From: the human T2T-CHM13v2.0 reference genome, Homo sapiens | Assembly: GCF_009914755.1 (NCBI RefSeq) | Contig: NC_060944.1 | Strand: one strand, 5' to 3' | DNA: 64,000 nucleotides | Shown here: positions 1 through 12,425 of the stretch, one piece after another | How the letters are laid out: each line of letters begins with the position of its first letter | Position numbering within the stretch: position 1 is the first letter of the stretch | Program-made: the position numbers and the translations under genes | The notes under the pieces: generated by a model | Seen by the model: the letters and a program-made list of their open reading frames with translations, nothing else | The model's database searches: none | Told to the model about the DNA's origin: nothing

Positions 1-660
<660 letters not shown>

Positions 661-1664
661 TGAACCTTCTGTAAATGGAATAAGATAGAACACAGTCTTC
701 TTTAACAGAATATTGTGATACCTACCCAGGTTTTTGTCTGGTTAATTTCACTGTTGTATGGTATTTCATTTTGTGAATGTAGCTCAATTTAATGCCTGCT
801 CAAATTCTTAGGTTAAAAATTTCAAAAACATTTTATTGTCTGATAACTATCTTTGATTTGGATGAGTTATTCTGCGTGTAACACCTCTGGACATTGGCAT
901 GCATAGCTTGTGTGTCTGCTCAGCAAATTCCTCTGTGTCCTTCCAAGCTCTGCTCAGCAGGGCGGTGGTGTATTTTTGCATCTGTTTTGTGTACTGCTGG
1001 ATTGCCAGTGCCTGGTGCATAGCAGGTACTCAACAAATATAGGTCACGTGCAGGCACCAGTGAAAGGCCATTTCCTGGAGCTTCCCTGAGCTTCCCAGCC
1101 TGGCCAGTGGCTTCATACACTACTACCTCTCCATGCTGTGATGGTGTTGGACACGGCTTACCCCCTCACCATGCAGACTGGGCCAAGCCATCCCGTGCCT
1201 GACAGCACACAGGACAGGGCCTGGCATGGAGTCAGTGTTTGGTGCATGTTTGTTGAGCAAATGTCTGCTTTGTAAGCCGGGGTTGCTGGTAGAGATTTTG
1301 GTGGGTTGGGGAGGCCAGAGGGATGAGCTGGAGCTGGTATTATGGAAAGAATGTAGGAGCCCTTTTCTGTCCTGTTGGTAACCCTTGTTAGATACCCTGT
1401 CTGAGCCTCAACTTCATTGTTTGTAAGAAAGAGGATGATTATTCCAACCTCACAAGATTATAAATCAATGCATGTGAGGTCCTTGGTAAGCTCTAGGCTC
1501 TACAAAAGTGCTGTCAGCATTAATCTTGTTACCTCCTCCTCTTCCTTTCATACTTCCTCCTCCTTTATCATCATCATCAAGTCAGTGACTTTTCGGGGGA
1601 CCCAACAAAAGCATGAGGTTCCTGCCTGTGTGAGTTGGGGTATATATGATGCAATAACAGCCTG

Positions 1665-1875
1665 AGCTCTGGAGCTGAGGACATGGGATCCAGTCCTGGC
1701 TTTGCAGGTTTGTGACCTGGGGCAAGTACTTAAGAACTTTGCCTCTCATTTTCCTCATTGGCTAAATGGGAAAATCACAGTTCTACCTGATTTGGGTAGT
1801 TTCAGCCTTAGCCATGGCAATCATTGTAAAGTTTTTAGAACAATGGCTGGCACATGGTAAGAGCTAAGTGTTAAG
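1665..1875 (+). mobile_element. MIR SINE
   Basis: MIR core tgtgacctggggcaagtactt...ttttcctcatt...aaatggg and 3' tggcacatggtaag. Confidence 0.7.
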
Positions 1876-3035
1876 TAAATGAAAACCCTACTATCAGAGG
1901 CCTATGCCAGCAGGATGTTTGGTCCCTTTATAAGAGATCAGGAGGGAGACAGGTGCAAGGTCTTTCTCTGCTGTTAGCGTTTCATCCTCCTGTGTGTTGC
2001 TGCAGGGTCACAGGCTGGCTGCTGCTGTTCCAGGCCCCACAGGCACTCCAGAGCAGGAAGCAGGAATGCAGTCAGGACTGCAAACTGCACCTGCAATGGT
2101 GACAAATGCTTTTTCTGTAAGTGGCTCTCTCTGTCTATCAGCAATCTTTCCCAGAGGCCCCAGAAGCCTGTTCCTCTCCTTTCATTAGCTAGAGTCGGAG
2201 CATGCAGTATCTGTCACTGTGTGGGGGGACCCAGGATGGAGGAAAAGTCACCTGGAGGTCTATAGCTTTGTGCTGACAACATACAAGATGGGTCAGTGGC
2301 CCATGACACAAGAGTGCAGGGGCCAGTGGGGCTGCTTTCTGCCTTCCCTGTCGAAAGCCTCCCTGCCCCGGGTTGTGTTTCTCTGCTCTGGGTTCTGTCT
2401 TCTATCTCTGCTGCCTCATAGATAGGCCCCTCTCCCAGTCACCTGGATGTGCTGGGGGCACGGAAGGAGAATATCAAAGGGCAGGTGGTCTCTCTCAAGG
2501 AACTTTTTGTTCTGCTAATGGTGAAAGCGTATTGAGGGCTTCTGTGTGCTGTGTCAAATGCCCACACCCTGTAAGGTAGGTTATCTTCTTCTCACTTACA
2601 CACGGAGGCTCAGCGGGGCCACACAGTCAGAAAATGTTGGGACCTGATCTTGTGCCTGGGTCTGTGGCTCCTGCCCTAGACAGCTTGAGTGGACTTGACC
2701 CCAAGGAGGGCTAGGCATATCTCCAGGAAGCCATGGGATGCCCACACCACATTTTTTCAGGGTGACTCTAGCTACCAGTGCCTTTCAGGGCAGAGGCCAT
2801 GAATGGTGAAATCAGGGATTTGGTTCTGGAAGAGCTGGGTGTGTTGTTTTTAAAAAGCCTTGGTTGGCATTGCATTGAGCACCACTCTGGGTAGTCTATG
2901 GTCACAGCTCTAGGTAGAGAGTCCCTCAGGGATGTGGTCAAAGGTGCAGGAAGTGAAGTTCAAGGCTACGTCGTCAAGCCAGGTCCAAGGACCATTCCCA
3001 CCCGCCACTACTTCAGGTGTTGTTTTTCCAGGTGA

Positions 3036-3049
3036 CCAGCAGAGGGCGC
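3036..3049 (+). promoter_or_regulatory. Candidate CTCF site
   Basis: CCAGCAGAGGGCGC closely matches the CTCF core consensus and retains CpGs in a CpG-poor region. Confidence 0.55.
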
Positions 3050-3896
3050 GGCTGCCCACCTGACGAACCTGGCCTGTGTCAGAGTGGTGGTTTTGCCTTC
3101 ATCTTTCCTTGGGTCCTGGAACTCCCACACTGGTGTTTTGCCTTCTTGTTTCTCTTTAGATGGTTCCCTATGAGTTTAGCCTGAGATCGTGGCTTGAGCA
3201 GTTCTTCTTAAGCATTTGAAGTTTGCTGAATGAGTTATTTTTACATTAAGCATGAAGAAGAGTTCCCTGGAGCCCCAGAGAAGAAACTAGATTGTCCTGG
3301 GGGACTGAGGCAGCAGAGGGAGCATGAGCCCCTCAGTCCCACAAAGCCCGGAGCCAGCTTGGCCGTGGGGAGGCTGAGCCTTCACTCCTGGAGCAGGGCA
3401 GTTGCCTGGCTAGGCTCCGCCGTGCACATTCATTCATTTATTCATCAATGGATATGTATGTACTGGGAGACTACGACCTCCCAGGCACATTCTTGGGTGA
3501 ACAAACACAACAAAAATCCCCGTGCCTGTGAAGCCGACATTGCCACCATCCAGGTCCTTGGCCCATCAGCTCCCCAGGGAACTTCAAGGCTCCCAGGGCC
3601 TTAGGAGAGCAGTTGGTAGCATAAGAAGACGGCGGAATTGAGCTAACCGTCTAAGTGCCTGCAAGAAGTAGCCTCAGGCCAGTGGTTGGTTTCAGTTTAC
3701 AACCCCATTGTGATGGGCAGCAGACTCTTCCACATCACCCCAAAGGCTGCTTGTCAAACGGGGCTCCTCCTCTTTGCTGCCTCCTCCCTCCCTGATCTGA
3801 TCCTCCCCACCCAGGAGATAGCATCACACCCACCCTGTTGTCAGTATCAGATTTGCTGGTAACCTCAATTCTACCCCCCTCATAAATAGTTAACTA

Positions 3897-3925
3897 GAAA
3901 ACAAAACAAAACAAAACAAAACAAA
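3897..3925 (+). repeat. (AAAAC)n microsatellite
   Basis: aaaacaaaacaaaac... run. Confidence 0.9.
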
Positions 3926-4640
3926 CCCTGGAGGTATCCTTGACTTCTCTCTCTAGTCCCCCGTAGCTCATCCATCACAAACCTGTGGGAGCCACCTTCA
4001 GAGAACACCGAGTCCAGCCTGCTGGGTGCCTCTGCCTATTCCTGCTGGGCCAGGCTGCTGCTACCACTCACCAGGATGATTTCCAGCCTCCTGGTCCATC
4101 CTGCTGCTTCCTCCCTTGCCCCACATGTCCCTTCTCTGACAGCAGCCAGAAGGATGCTCTGGAGACCCACCACTGCCTCAGTGGCTTTCCACCATCCTTG
4201 GAACAAAATCAGGCTCTTCCTGAGGTCCATGAGATGTTGCATGGTCTGGGTCATCCCCTCTTTGTGGCTGCAGATCCTTGCTCTGGCCTCTTTGCAGGGA
4301 CTTCAGGGCTCCATGCTGCTCCCACCTCATGGTCTTCGCTCAGGCTGTTCCCTCTGCCCGGGGCGCCCTTCCTCCCTTGCATGTCCAGTTGGCTTCCATT
4401 TGCCCTTGCACTTCCAGAGCATCACTTCTTCAAACCAGGCTCCCTCTCTGCTCCAGATGAGGCATGCTGCACTCTGTACTCATTGAAATTAATTGATCCT
4501 TTGATTCATATTAGTCAATCTTGTCTTCTGTGCTAGACCTCAAGCTCCACAAAGCCAATGTGCAATCATGTCTCATTCATGGTGGTATTCCTGGCAAAGT
4601 GACTGTTTGGGCACAGAATAGATTCTTAGGAAATATTGGA
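3926..4640 (+). mobile_element. L2 LINE 3' fragment (degenerate)
   Basis: L2-like motifs (tccttgacttctctct, cagcagccaga, cagtggctttcc, aagctcca) ending in an L2-type tail (aggaaatattgg). Confidence 0.5.
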
Positions 4641-5157
4641 TGGTTGGATGCATCCATTGGTCTGTACCTGCTTTAAGAATGAGACCAACTTGGGAGGTGT
4701 GTGGGGGTGGAATTGGTCTTGGGGTACCATTCCTCACCACTCCCTAATGAGCAGGGGTGCCTCATACATGCGCTGTGTGTTGGAGGGGTTCTGCCATCCC
4801 TGAGCCACCTTTGCAGTGATGTGCTCCCTGGCTGCCCCTGGGCAGAGGAAACTGCCTTTGCCTTTGCGGTTTTGTGAGTTTTGAAAGGGACTTGGGCAAT
4901 TTGGACTGACTCTGTCCCATCTTTGTGGTTCTTCAGGGAGCAGTGTTGGGTTATCGGGGCTGCCCTGAGTCAGGAAATGGCTTTGGGTTTTCGGATCAAG
5001 GAGATCAAGGGGCAGAAGGGGGGTCCTTCGATGAGCTTCTATCTGATCTAGAATCTGGGTGGAGACAGGGAGGGTTTCAGTGTTGATTATGCCCACCAGG
5101 GCAAGAGGCAGAACCCAATCCTCCAAATTCAAAGCTCAGCCTAGTGCCTCTACATGC

Positions 5158-5630
5158 TTTTTTTTTTTTTTTAAAGCTTTATTGAAAGAATTTACATATT
5201 ATTAAGTTCACGCATTTAAAGTATAAAATTCAGTGGTTTTTAGTATATTTACAGAGTTATGAAACCATCACCATAATCTAATTTTAGAACATTAAGAACA
5301 TTTCTAGAACTCAAAAAAGAAACGGTACCCATTAGCAGTCAGCCCCTCTCTTCTCCCACTCCCCATCCTCGGCGTCCACAGATCTGCTTTCTGATTGGAT
5401 GGACATTGCATATAACTGGGTTCATGTGGCACGTGGCCTTCTGCCACTGGCTTCTTTTACTTGCATAATGTTTTCCAGGTTCATCTGCATGTGATTGTGG
5501 CACATGTCAGTACGTCCCTCCTTTTCATGGCTGCATATTATCCTACAGTTAGGATGGACCACATTTTATTTACCCATTTATCAGTCCATGGACATTTAGG
5601 TTGTTCGTAATTTTTTGGCCATTATGAAGC
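5158..5630 (-). mobile_element. L1MB-type 3' end, antisense
   Basis: Poly-T, then agctttattga...cagtggtttttagtatatttacagagtt...gttttccaggttcatc...ggacatttaggttg. Confidence 0.8.
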
Positions 5631-6497
5631 TTTGTTCATTCCAATAGGGTTTCTGCAATGGCCTTCCAAATCCACCCCTTGCCAGGGATCTTGTTCAGGA
5701 GGGACAATTGGTGACTTTCACAAAAACCTGTTGTGGGCCCTCAAGGCTGGAAACCCTCCTCCAAACAGGTGCCTTTCACACACCTTGGGGACCAGATCCT
5801 CACAGGGCTCAAGCCAGTCATGGTCTGGAGATGACCGACTTTGAAGTCCAAAGTCTCTCCTGCAGGCAATTTACCCGGAGACCTTATTATCTTCTATTGG
5901 TCAGTAGAGGTGGGATTGCTAACTTTTTTTAAATTTAAAACTATTTTTAGTATGGAACATCTCAAAGCCAAAGAATAATATAAGGAAAAGCTCCAGCTCT
6001 ACCTACCTTTAACAAACCACAGTGCTTTGCTAAAATATATACTTCTAAGAAATAAAACTTGGTTGCATCTCATCTTCTGCTTCCCCACTCCATGTGGGCT
6101 CCTGAGCTCAAATGCCAAGTCTTATCCTTTTATATGTTTTTAACCCTCATCCATACACAGTTTGGTGGAGTAGGTGAATGGGTGCTGCTGTGTAGACCAT
6201 CTGAAGGGACTAGGGATAATTTTTGGTGGTGCACGGACAAGGCAGGAACATTGGCTTAGATAGAAAGTTCCTTCCATTCTTTGTCCTTATGGTAACATTA
6301 AGGAGGATGTCTCTATTCGGTGCCTGCCTGGCTGAACTCCTCTCTCACCCTTGGGCCCTTTTTAACCACACAGGAGACAGCTCAGGCCAAGAGTGGACTC
6401 AGGTATTGAGTTAGTGCCGTGGTCCCTCCCACCAATGCCAGCCAGCGAGGCTGTGCTCCATCAGTCCTATTGAAGGCTTCCTTTAACATGCATGTCG

Positions 6498-6690
6498 GCC
6501 CAGTGTGGAGGTGCACACTGTACTCCCAAGTACTAGGAAGGCTGAGGTGGGATGATTGTTTGAGCCCAGGAGTTTGAGGCTGTAGTGCACTATGATTGCC
6601 CCCGTGAATAGCCACTGCACTCCAGCCTGGAAAACAGAGCAAAACTCTTTCAAAAAAAAAAAAAAAAGAGAGAGAGAGAGAAAAGAAAAA
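6498..6690 (+). mobile_element. FAM (fossil Alu monomer)
   Basis: Single monomer carrying the 7SL-derived ggctgtagtgcactatgat...gtgaatagccactgcactccagcctgg segment and an A/(GA) tail. Confidence 0.8.
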
Positions 6691-8675
6691 ATATGTTTAA
6701 GTGCAAAGAGTTGATTTAAAGACAAATCTTAAGGGATGGAAGGATAGGTTTTAAATAGGGAAGGCTAAAAATCATAGGGATGGTTGGCAAATGACAGACA
6801 GCTGGAGACCTCTGGTGTGATCTTTCTCCTCCCCCCCACCTATAGCCAGTCTCTGGGCTCTATCCCTTCCTGCCCATCCCCACCATTTCTGCACCTGCCG
6901 TGGCTGGGTCAGCTGCAGGCTTCCTTCCAATGGAACTGAACTGTCTCAGGTGTTCACTCACCCAGACTCGGAAGGGGCCCAAGGCATGGTTGGGGGCAAG
7001 GATTCAGAAACCTTCCCATGGGGCCAGTACTCAGTGTGTCAGGACAGCCCCTGGGGACTTGGAGTGGGAGGTGTTGAAGACCCACTTGGAGAGACCCTGG
7101 GCCAAGAGCATTGGCTGTGGCCCAGCTCTTCCACGTGCTGGCTTGTAACCTGGGCAAGAGTGCTCACCTCTTGAAGTTGCCTTCATCTCAAAAGTGGAGA
7201 CCACAGTAGCTCTCACCTACCAGGGCAGTTGTAGGAAGGAATGAGGTCCCCATGCAAAATGCTCAGTCCAAGGCTGGCAGGCCACTTCACCATCCAGCCA
7301 GCACATTTTTATGTGGATAAAACGTATCTATTCCTAGCAGTTTCCCACCAGTTTCCTCTTTGTTTCCTGATCTTAATTGCCAACTGTAATTAAATGATTA
7401 TTTGGGCATCTTATTAGTGTGTTGGTGACCATTCTCGGCTTCACCCTCCCCCTTTCCCGGAAGACTCAAGGAGTTGGGGCGTCTCTGTGTTTGTGCACTG
7501 CTAGGTCCCTAATGCCTGGTGTGGTGCCTGGCACACACTCGACTCTGCACACAGTCTGAATGAATGAATGAGTCCTTTCTTTAGAGGTGACTGATGCTGC
7601 TGAAATAACTGCTGCTAAGAGCCCAAAGCTCTGTGTGGAGTGAACATCCACTTTATTCCCCCTCCCCACCACCACCCCGCTCAGTTCTGTCCTTGGCGCT
7701 TAACCGGGATTTCGTCCACACTGCCAGCGCTCACACTGCACTCCCAGGCCCTGCTGTAGGTGCTAATCTGATGGGGGCAGCCTTAGGGAGGGCTCTGTCC
7801 CCAGCAGGAGGACCCTTGGTGAGCGACTCTCCCCGCTTGCCCCCACCCCTTCCAGCACCTGCAAAGGGGGCTTAGAGCGGGGCTGCCCCATGGGGTTGAG
7901 AAATTGAAATGGGGGTGTCCTCCCCCAGGTGTCTCTGTGGTCCTTGAATCCTGGTGTCTGTTGAAATGCCTCCTCCTCTGGGCACCTTCCAGGACCAGGC
8001 CAGGTGACACCACCATTCCACCCCCGTCTCTACCCCTTTCCTGGACTTTCTTCCTTCCCTGCCCTGGCTGGGGAAGCAGCGGCTGCCTGCCTGTGTTCAC
8101 CTCACACCACCGCTGGGGTTGTGAGAATCGCTCCTTAGCACCCTGGAGGACACCTCTGTGAGTGGCAGCCCTGGGGGGTGTCGCCTCCCTTGCCTGGCCC
8201 CTCAGGTTCCTAAGGGCGTCTGAGGAAAAGCCTCATTGGAAAGCGCCCGTGCCCTCCTCCCTCTCCCCCGCCCCCCCGCCCCCCGGCAGGGAGGAGGGTT
8301 CGGAGCGAGGGTTCGGAGGGTCCGGGGTGCCCTAGCAGGCCCAGGCCAGGTGGTTGCGGGGAGGAAGCCTCAGGTCGCTCCCCTCCGGTGCCGGGGTGGG
8401 CGCGTCGGGACCCACTGGCCTCCCAGTCCCAGGAGAGGAAGGACCAGGGAAACCAGCTGTCTGCAGCTGCTGGGGAAATTAGGGGCTCTCAGGGTTCCCT
8501 TTCCTCCGGGAGGGGAGGAAACGGGACTAGGAAGCTTTCCTGTTTCTAGAGCACGGCTTGGTGGGGTGGGCGGCTCCTAACCCGGGGTCCAGCCCCTCCT
8601 CCCCCACCCCGGCGCGCGGTCCAGGTATGTGCGACCCCTCCCAGTGGCCACGCGCCTTCTCACGCCCCTCTCCCG

Positions 8676-8683
8676 TGACGTCA
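8676..8683. promoter_or_regulatory. Full palindromic CRE (TGACGTCA)
   Basis: Exact CREB/ATF consensus inside the CpG island, about 550 bp upstream of the ATG. Confidence 0.65.
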
Positions 8684-9226
8684 TGCTCCTCTCGCGTGGC
8701 ATGATGGGAGAATCCTAATGTTTTCCAACAGATGCTCCAAGAACAGCTTTCAGATTAAAGCAATTGCAAGAGCAAAGATTCTTCCTTTTCCCTTTTTTCC
8801 TGGGGGGGTGGGGGGTGGGGTGGGGGGAGGGAGCGCCCCCAGACATTCCAGGACATCACCCCCTGCCCCAAGCACGCAATAAACACTGACAAGAAAAAGT
8901 TTTTATTTCCTGGTTCAACTTTTTTTTTTTTCCCTGGAATATAGACTGAAGAATGGGAATAAACACGAATAAATAACAAAGCGAGGCCGCGCACGCCGGG
9001 ATGCGCCTGGCTGCAGCCGGCGAGGCTATTGTCTCCCCGCCCTGAAGCCAGCCCCGGCGTCTTTCTCCAGCTCGTTTCCTTTCCCGGCCTTTTTTTTTTT
9101 TTTTTTTTTTTAATTTTCTTTTTTAAAAAGACGCCCCCTCCAGCCCCCTCGCCGGTGACCTTGGCCGCCTCGGATGCTCTGATTCCACGCGGCTCGCTCT
9201 AACTTGCCCCCGCGCCGGCCGGGCCC

Positions 9227-9344
9227 ATGGCCGCGTCGGAGGACGGGAGCGGCTGCCTCGTGTCGCGGGGCCGCTCGCAGAGTGACCCCAGCGTCCTCAC
9301 CGACTCCTCGGCCACCTCCTCCGCGGACGCCGGGGAGAACCCAG
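9227..9344 (+). CDS. PHACTR3: PHACTR3 (scapinin) first coding exon, long isoform N-terminus: 39 codons + 1 nt, phase-1 intron follows
   Basis: gggcccATGG at 9227 translates MAASEDGSGCLVSRGRSQSDPSVLTDSSATSSADAGENP, which I recognise as the PHACTR3 N-terminus, and ends at a canonical donor CAG|GTAACG. Read-through into the intron stops at TGA 9401-9403 (58 aa), which probably explains its absence from the ORF track (shortest listed ORF is 60 aa). Confidence 0.93.
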
Positions 9345-11809
9345 GTAACGGGCTGGGCGGGGGCGGCGGGCGGGTCGGGGAGGCCCGAGGCAGGTGGCGC
9401 TGAGAGCAGGACCCCGCGAGGCTCCGCGCCCCGCCTGCATTCGGGGAGCCGCGGCAGGAACCCGCGCTCGGCCCCGCGGTTCCTATCCCCAGTCTCGCAG
9501 GGCTGGGGCGCCTCGGAGCCCTTTGTCCATAAAAGAGCTGATTTCCTGGGTAGAGCCGGGCGCTGCAGCTTCCCCTCCTCTCCGGCTGGTGAGCTCTGCC
9601 GTCCCCTCGAAGGAGGCTTCCTTTCCTCGGGTGCTGACCGGCTGGGGGAAGAGAGGCAGACCCGTGGCCGCCTCCGCCCAGCGCCGGTTCTGGGCCATTC
9701 CCTCCCTCCCCACTGCCGGGCCCCAGCTCCGGACGTCCCCGCTTGGGCATCTGCTCCTGGAAGGCAGCGCTCCGCAGCTGAGGCCACCGCGCTGAGGGCT
9801 TCCACCAGGCGCCTGACTCCAGCGGGGCCTGGCGCACCTGGGCGCGCTAGCCCCCGGACAGGTGTGCTGGGCAGAGCCGCCGGCAGGGAGACGAAGGGCG
9901 TGCGCCAGGACAGAGCCCGGTTTCGTGACAGCGTGTGGACTCCGTCCACTCTTCCACCCCCATGGCAGCGTTGATTGTTTAGGTGATAAACCGGTCACAA
10001 AGGCGTCTATAGGGCTTGATTGATTACTTTCCAGAGAGGAAGAAAGGCCTAATAAAGCGGGGGGGGAGGTGGGGGGGGGGTGGGCTGTGTGCGCCTGTCA
10101 CCATGGAGACGCAGGAAGCAAAGTGATCATTAAAACCTCTCTCCACCAGAAGGCAATTTTCACTTCACAGGGAGAAGTCTGGGCTTCTGAAATGTAGGGT
10201 TCAAAAAAAGAATCAAAGCTGGTGTTTTGGTATCAAGCCACAGGACTCAGTTTTGTATCTTAGAGAAGCACAATTCCTTCGTAGATTCTGTTTTGATAAC
10301 AAGTTGCTTCGCCTGCCTTTGAAGACTTATTCTCTCTAAATGCAACGACCCCAGATGGGGACTTGATGATGTTAAATGGTGGGCATCAGAATCCCTGGGG
10401 CCCGGGTGAAGGCTGGCTTTGTGGGGAGGGATTCCTGCACTGGAACACACCAGAGCTTCCCGATAAACTGCCTAGAGGACTCATTACAGGCAGCTGTGTG
10501 GGCACTGGATCCCTCCCCCCCCATTTGAAAATTTAAACAATAAACCCGGGCAAGTATTGGAAGATTTCTTTGTTAAGACTATTGACACTGTGTCACTTGG
10601 TCAAACTAAGGTACCGGCCTGAATAAATCTCTGACTTTTCTTTATCTGGGAGGGCAGGTTAATTTCCTTAGAGTTTCAAGCAGAGGCTGCCATGGCCGAC
10701 CCTTAAGGTTTTAATTAATCCTTTTACTAGGAATGGGGGATTCAGCCTTCAGCACTCCATGATGGATTGCCTTTCTCTGGGTTGGAGAGGCGCATCCACA
10801 ACTGTTCCAATCATGGAAGTTGAGTGGCTTCTCATGAGAATCCTTCTAAGCTCCCTTTGTCTCCCTGGCAGTAAGAGGAAGCAAACTTGAAATGGAAATT
10901 ATGGAGGACTTGGCTTTTTGGCTGTATGTGAGTTTATGCCTCTGTGGGTGGGAGCGGAGGGTTGGGCAGGTGGTGCCGGTCCATGAGAGAAGGAGGAGGA
11001 AGGGCTGGGATGCCTGTGATTAAGTTATGCGTGGGAGGGCACAGGCTTGAGCTCTCCTCTGGTGCAACTGGTCTAAATGGGACCCAGAGAACAGGTGTCA
11101 GAGGTGAAAAGTCTAAAATATGTGCAATTCTGTGAGCAGTAGAACCTTACTAAAAAGCACCAAGCAATTAAGTATTTATGGATTGTGTGAAGCAGATTGT
11201 GTTTCTGTTCTGGCAGAAAGAGAATCAGAATCATCAAGTTGGAGGGAACTTGGGAACTTGATGGAGGAAGGGCGGGCTCAGGGAGTATTTTCTGTAAGCA
11301 CCTTGCCTGGCTGGCCTGGTGTGTGCCTGCATACTTCTTTTGATGGTGGACTCAGTTCTTCCTGATGTAGTGCATACTTGTCTTTGGGCAGATCTGTTTA
11401 AGAATTCTTTTTCCAATGGTTCCAAAGGGTCTGGTACCCATCAGTCCTGATGGGATCTTCTCCTGCTGGGTGTTACTCAGGGCTTTCAGAGAGCCTGGGG
11501 TTTTAGGTATTGAAACAACCTCAGTCACTTCTTGGAAAGTCTAGGCCCTTCACCTGCTCTTCCTAGATAGCCTCCCTTATTTGTCCACCTGCTGCTCTAA
11601 TGTGAGACTCCTGAAAATTGAACCTGAAGCTCCAGCTGTGGAATAACCTCACACAGAGTTAAGAAGCAGAGCTGTCTCCTCCCATCTAAATTCTATAATT
11701 TAATGAAAGAGTCCAAGGTTGCGTTCACCCTTTCCCCTGCAAAGGCATTTTTAATGCATCAGTATTTGCAAAGACTCAAAGCATTCTTCAAAAGGTGAGC
11801 TATGTTTTG

Positions 11810-12425
11810 ACACCTCTTTCTCCCATTTTCCAGAGGTTACCCCTGCTGGGAATTGAGGGGCATCCTTTGGACTTTTCCTAATGTTTTATATACTTGTGTT
11901 GCTTGGAAAATGGCATATGGGAATGTGCTGGACTCATGGCTCTTCCATGAGTGGTTCTGCTCCACACTGGGTCTCGGAGATCTTGCCTCATTGCAATATC
12001 CATCTCCCTTTCCCTTTTAACACCCACACAGGATGCCAAGAAACAATTTTTCAGTTTAGCCATTGGATATTTGTATTGTTTCCAGTTTTTACCCACTACA
12101 GACAACACAGCTGTAATTACCTGGGCACAAACTGCCTTGTACTCACCTGAGAATTTCCTCTAGGGTGGGTGTGTGCCAGCTCTTGGGATGTTGAGGCCAC
12201 AGGGGACCCACATATTTTATTTTAATGATATTGCACTCTCCTAGAAAATGTACGAATTCACACTTTCCGTAATCTATGAGAGTGCCCTTTCTCCAAACCC
12301 TTGCCAACACCTGAGATCATCAATCTATTTTTCTCTAGCATGAAGGGTGACAAATGGTTTCTTGTTGTGTTAATTTGCAGTTCCCTGATTGCTAGTGAGC
12401 ATGAGTGTCTTTTTGTGGCCTTATT
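11810..12425 (-). mobile_element. Old L1ME-like fragment, antisense
   Basis: tccaaacccttgccaacac...ttaatttgcagttccctgattgctagtgag is typical of an antisense L1 ORF2 3' region. Confidence 0.55.

Larger units (their letters stand above)
8200..9980. promoter_or_regulatory. CpG island / PHACTR3 promoter and first exon
   Basis: Very high GC and dense CpG compared with the CpG-depleted flanks; GC-box-like runs; spans the ATG exon. Confidence 0.9.

Noticed and set aside
5941-5950. Perfect MEF2-type site CTATTTTTAG
   Set aside because: Isolated AT-rich 10-mer at the edge of a probable old L1 tail; likely a chance match without chromatin evidence.
6498-6690. Possible 7SL RNA gene or pseudogene
   Set aside because: Lacks the 7SL S-domain; length and sequence fit a FAM monomer.
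9110-9998. Long overlapping ORFs on both strands (279, 256, 212, 171 and 133 aa)
   Set aside because: Stop-codon scarcity in a CpG island; low-complexity R/G/P/A composition; no recognisable domain. The real exon is in a different frame and is spliced at 9344.
10748-10770. Possible REST/RE1 site (TTCAGCAC...)
   Set aside because: Only the left half-site is present; there is no GGACAG right half at a suitable spacing.
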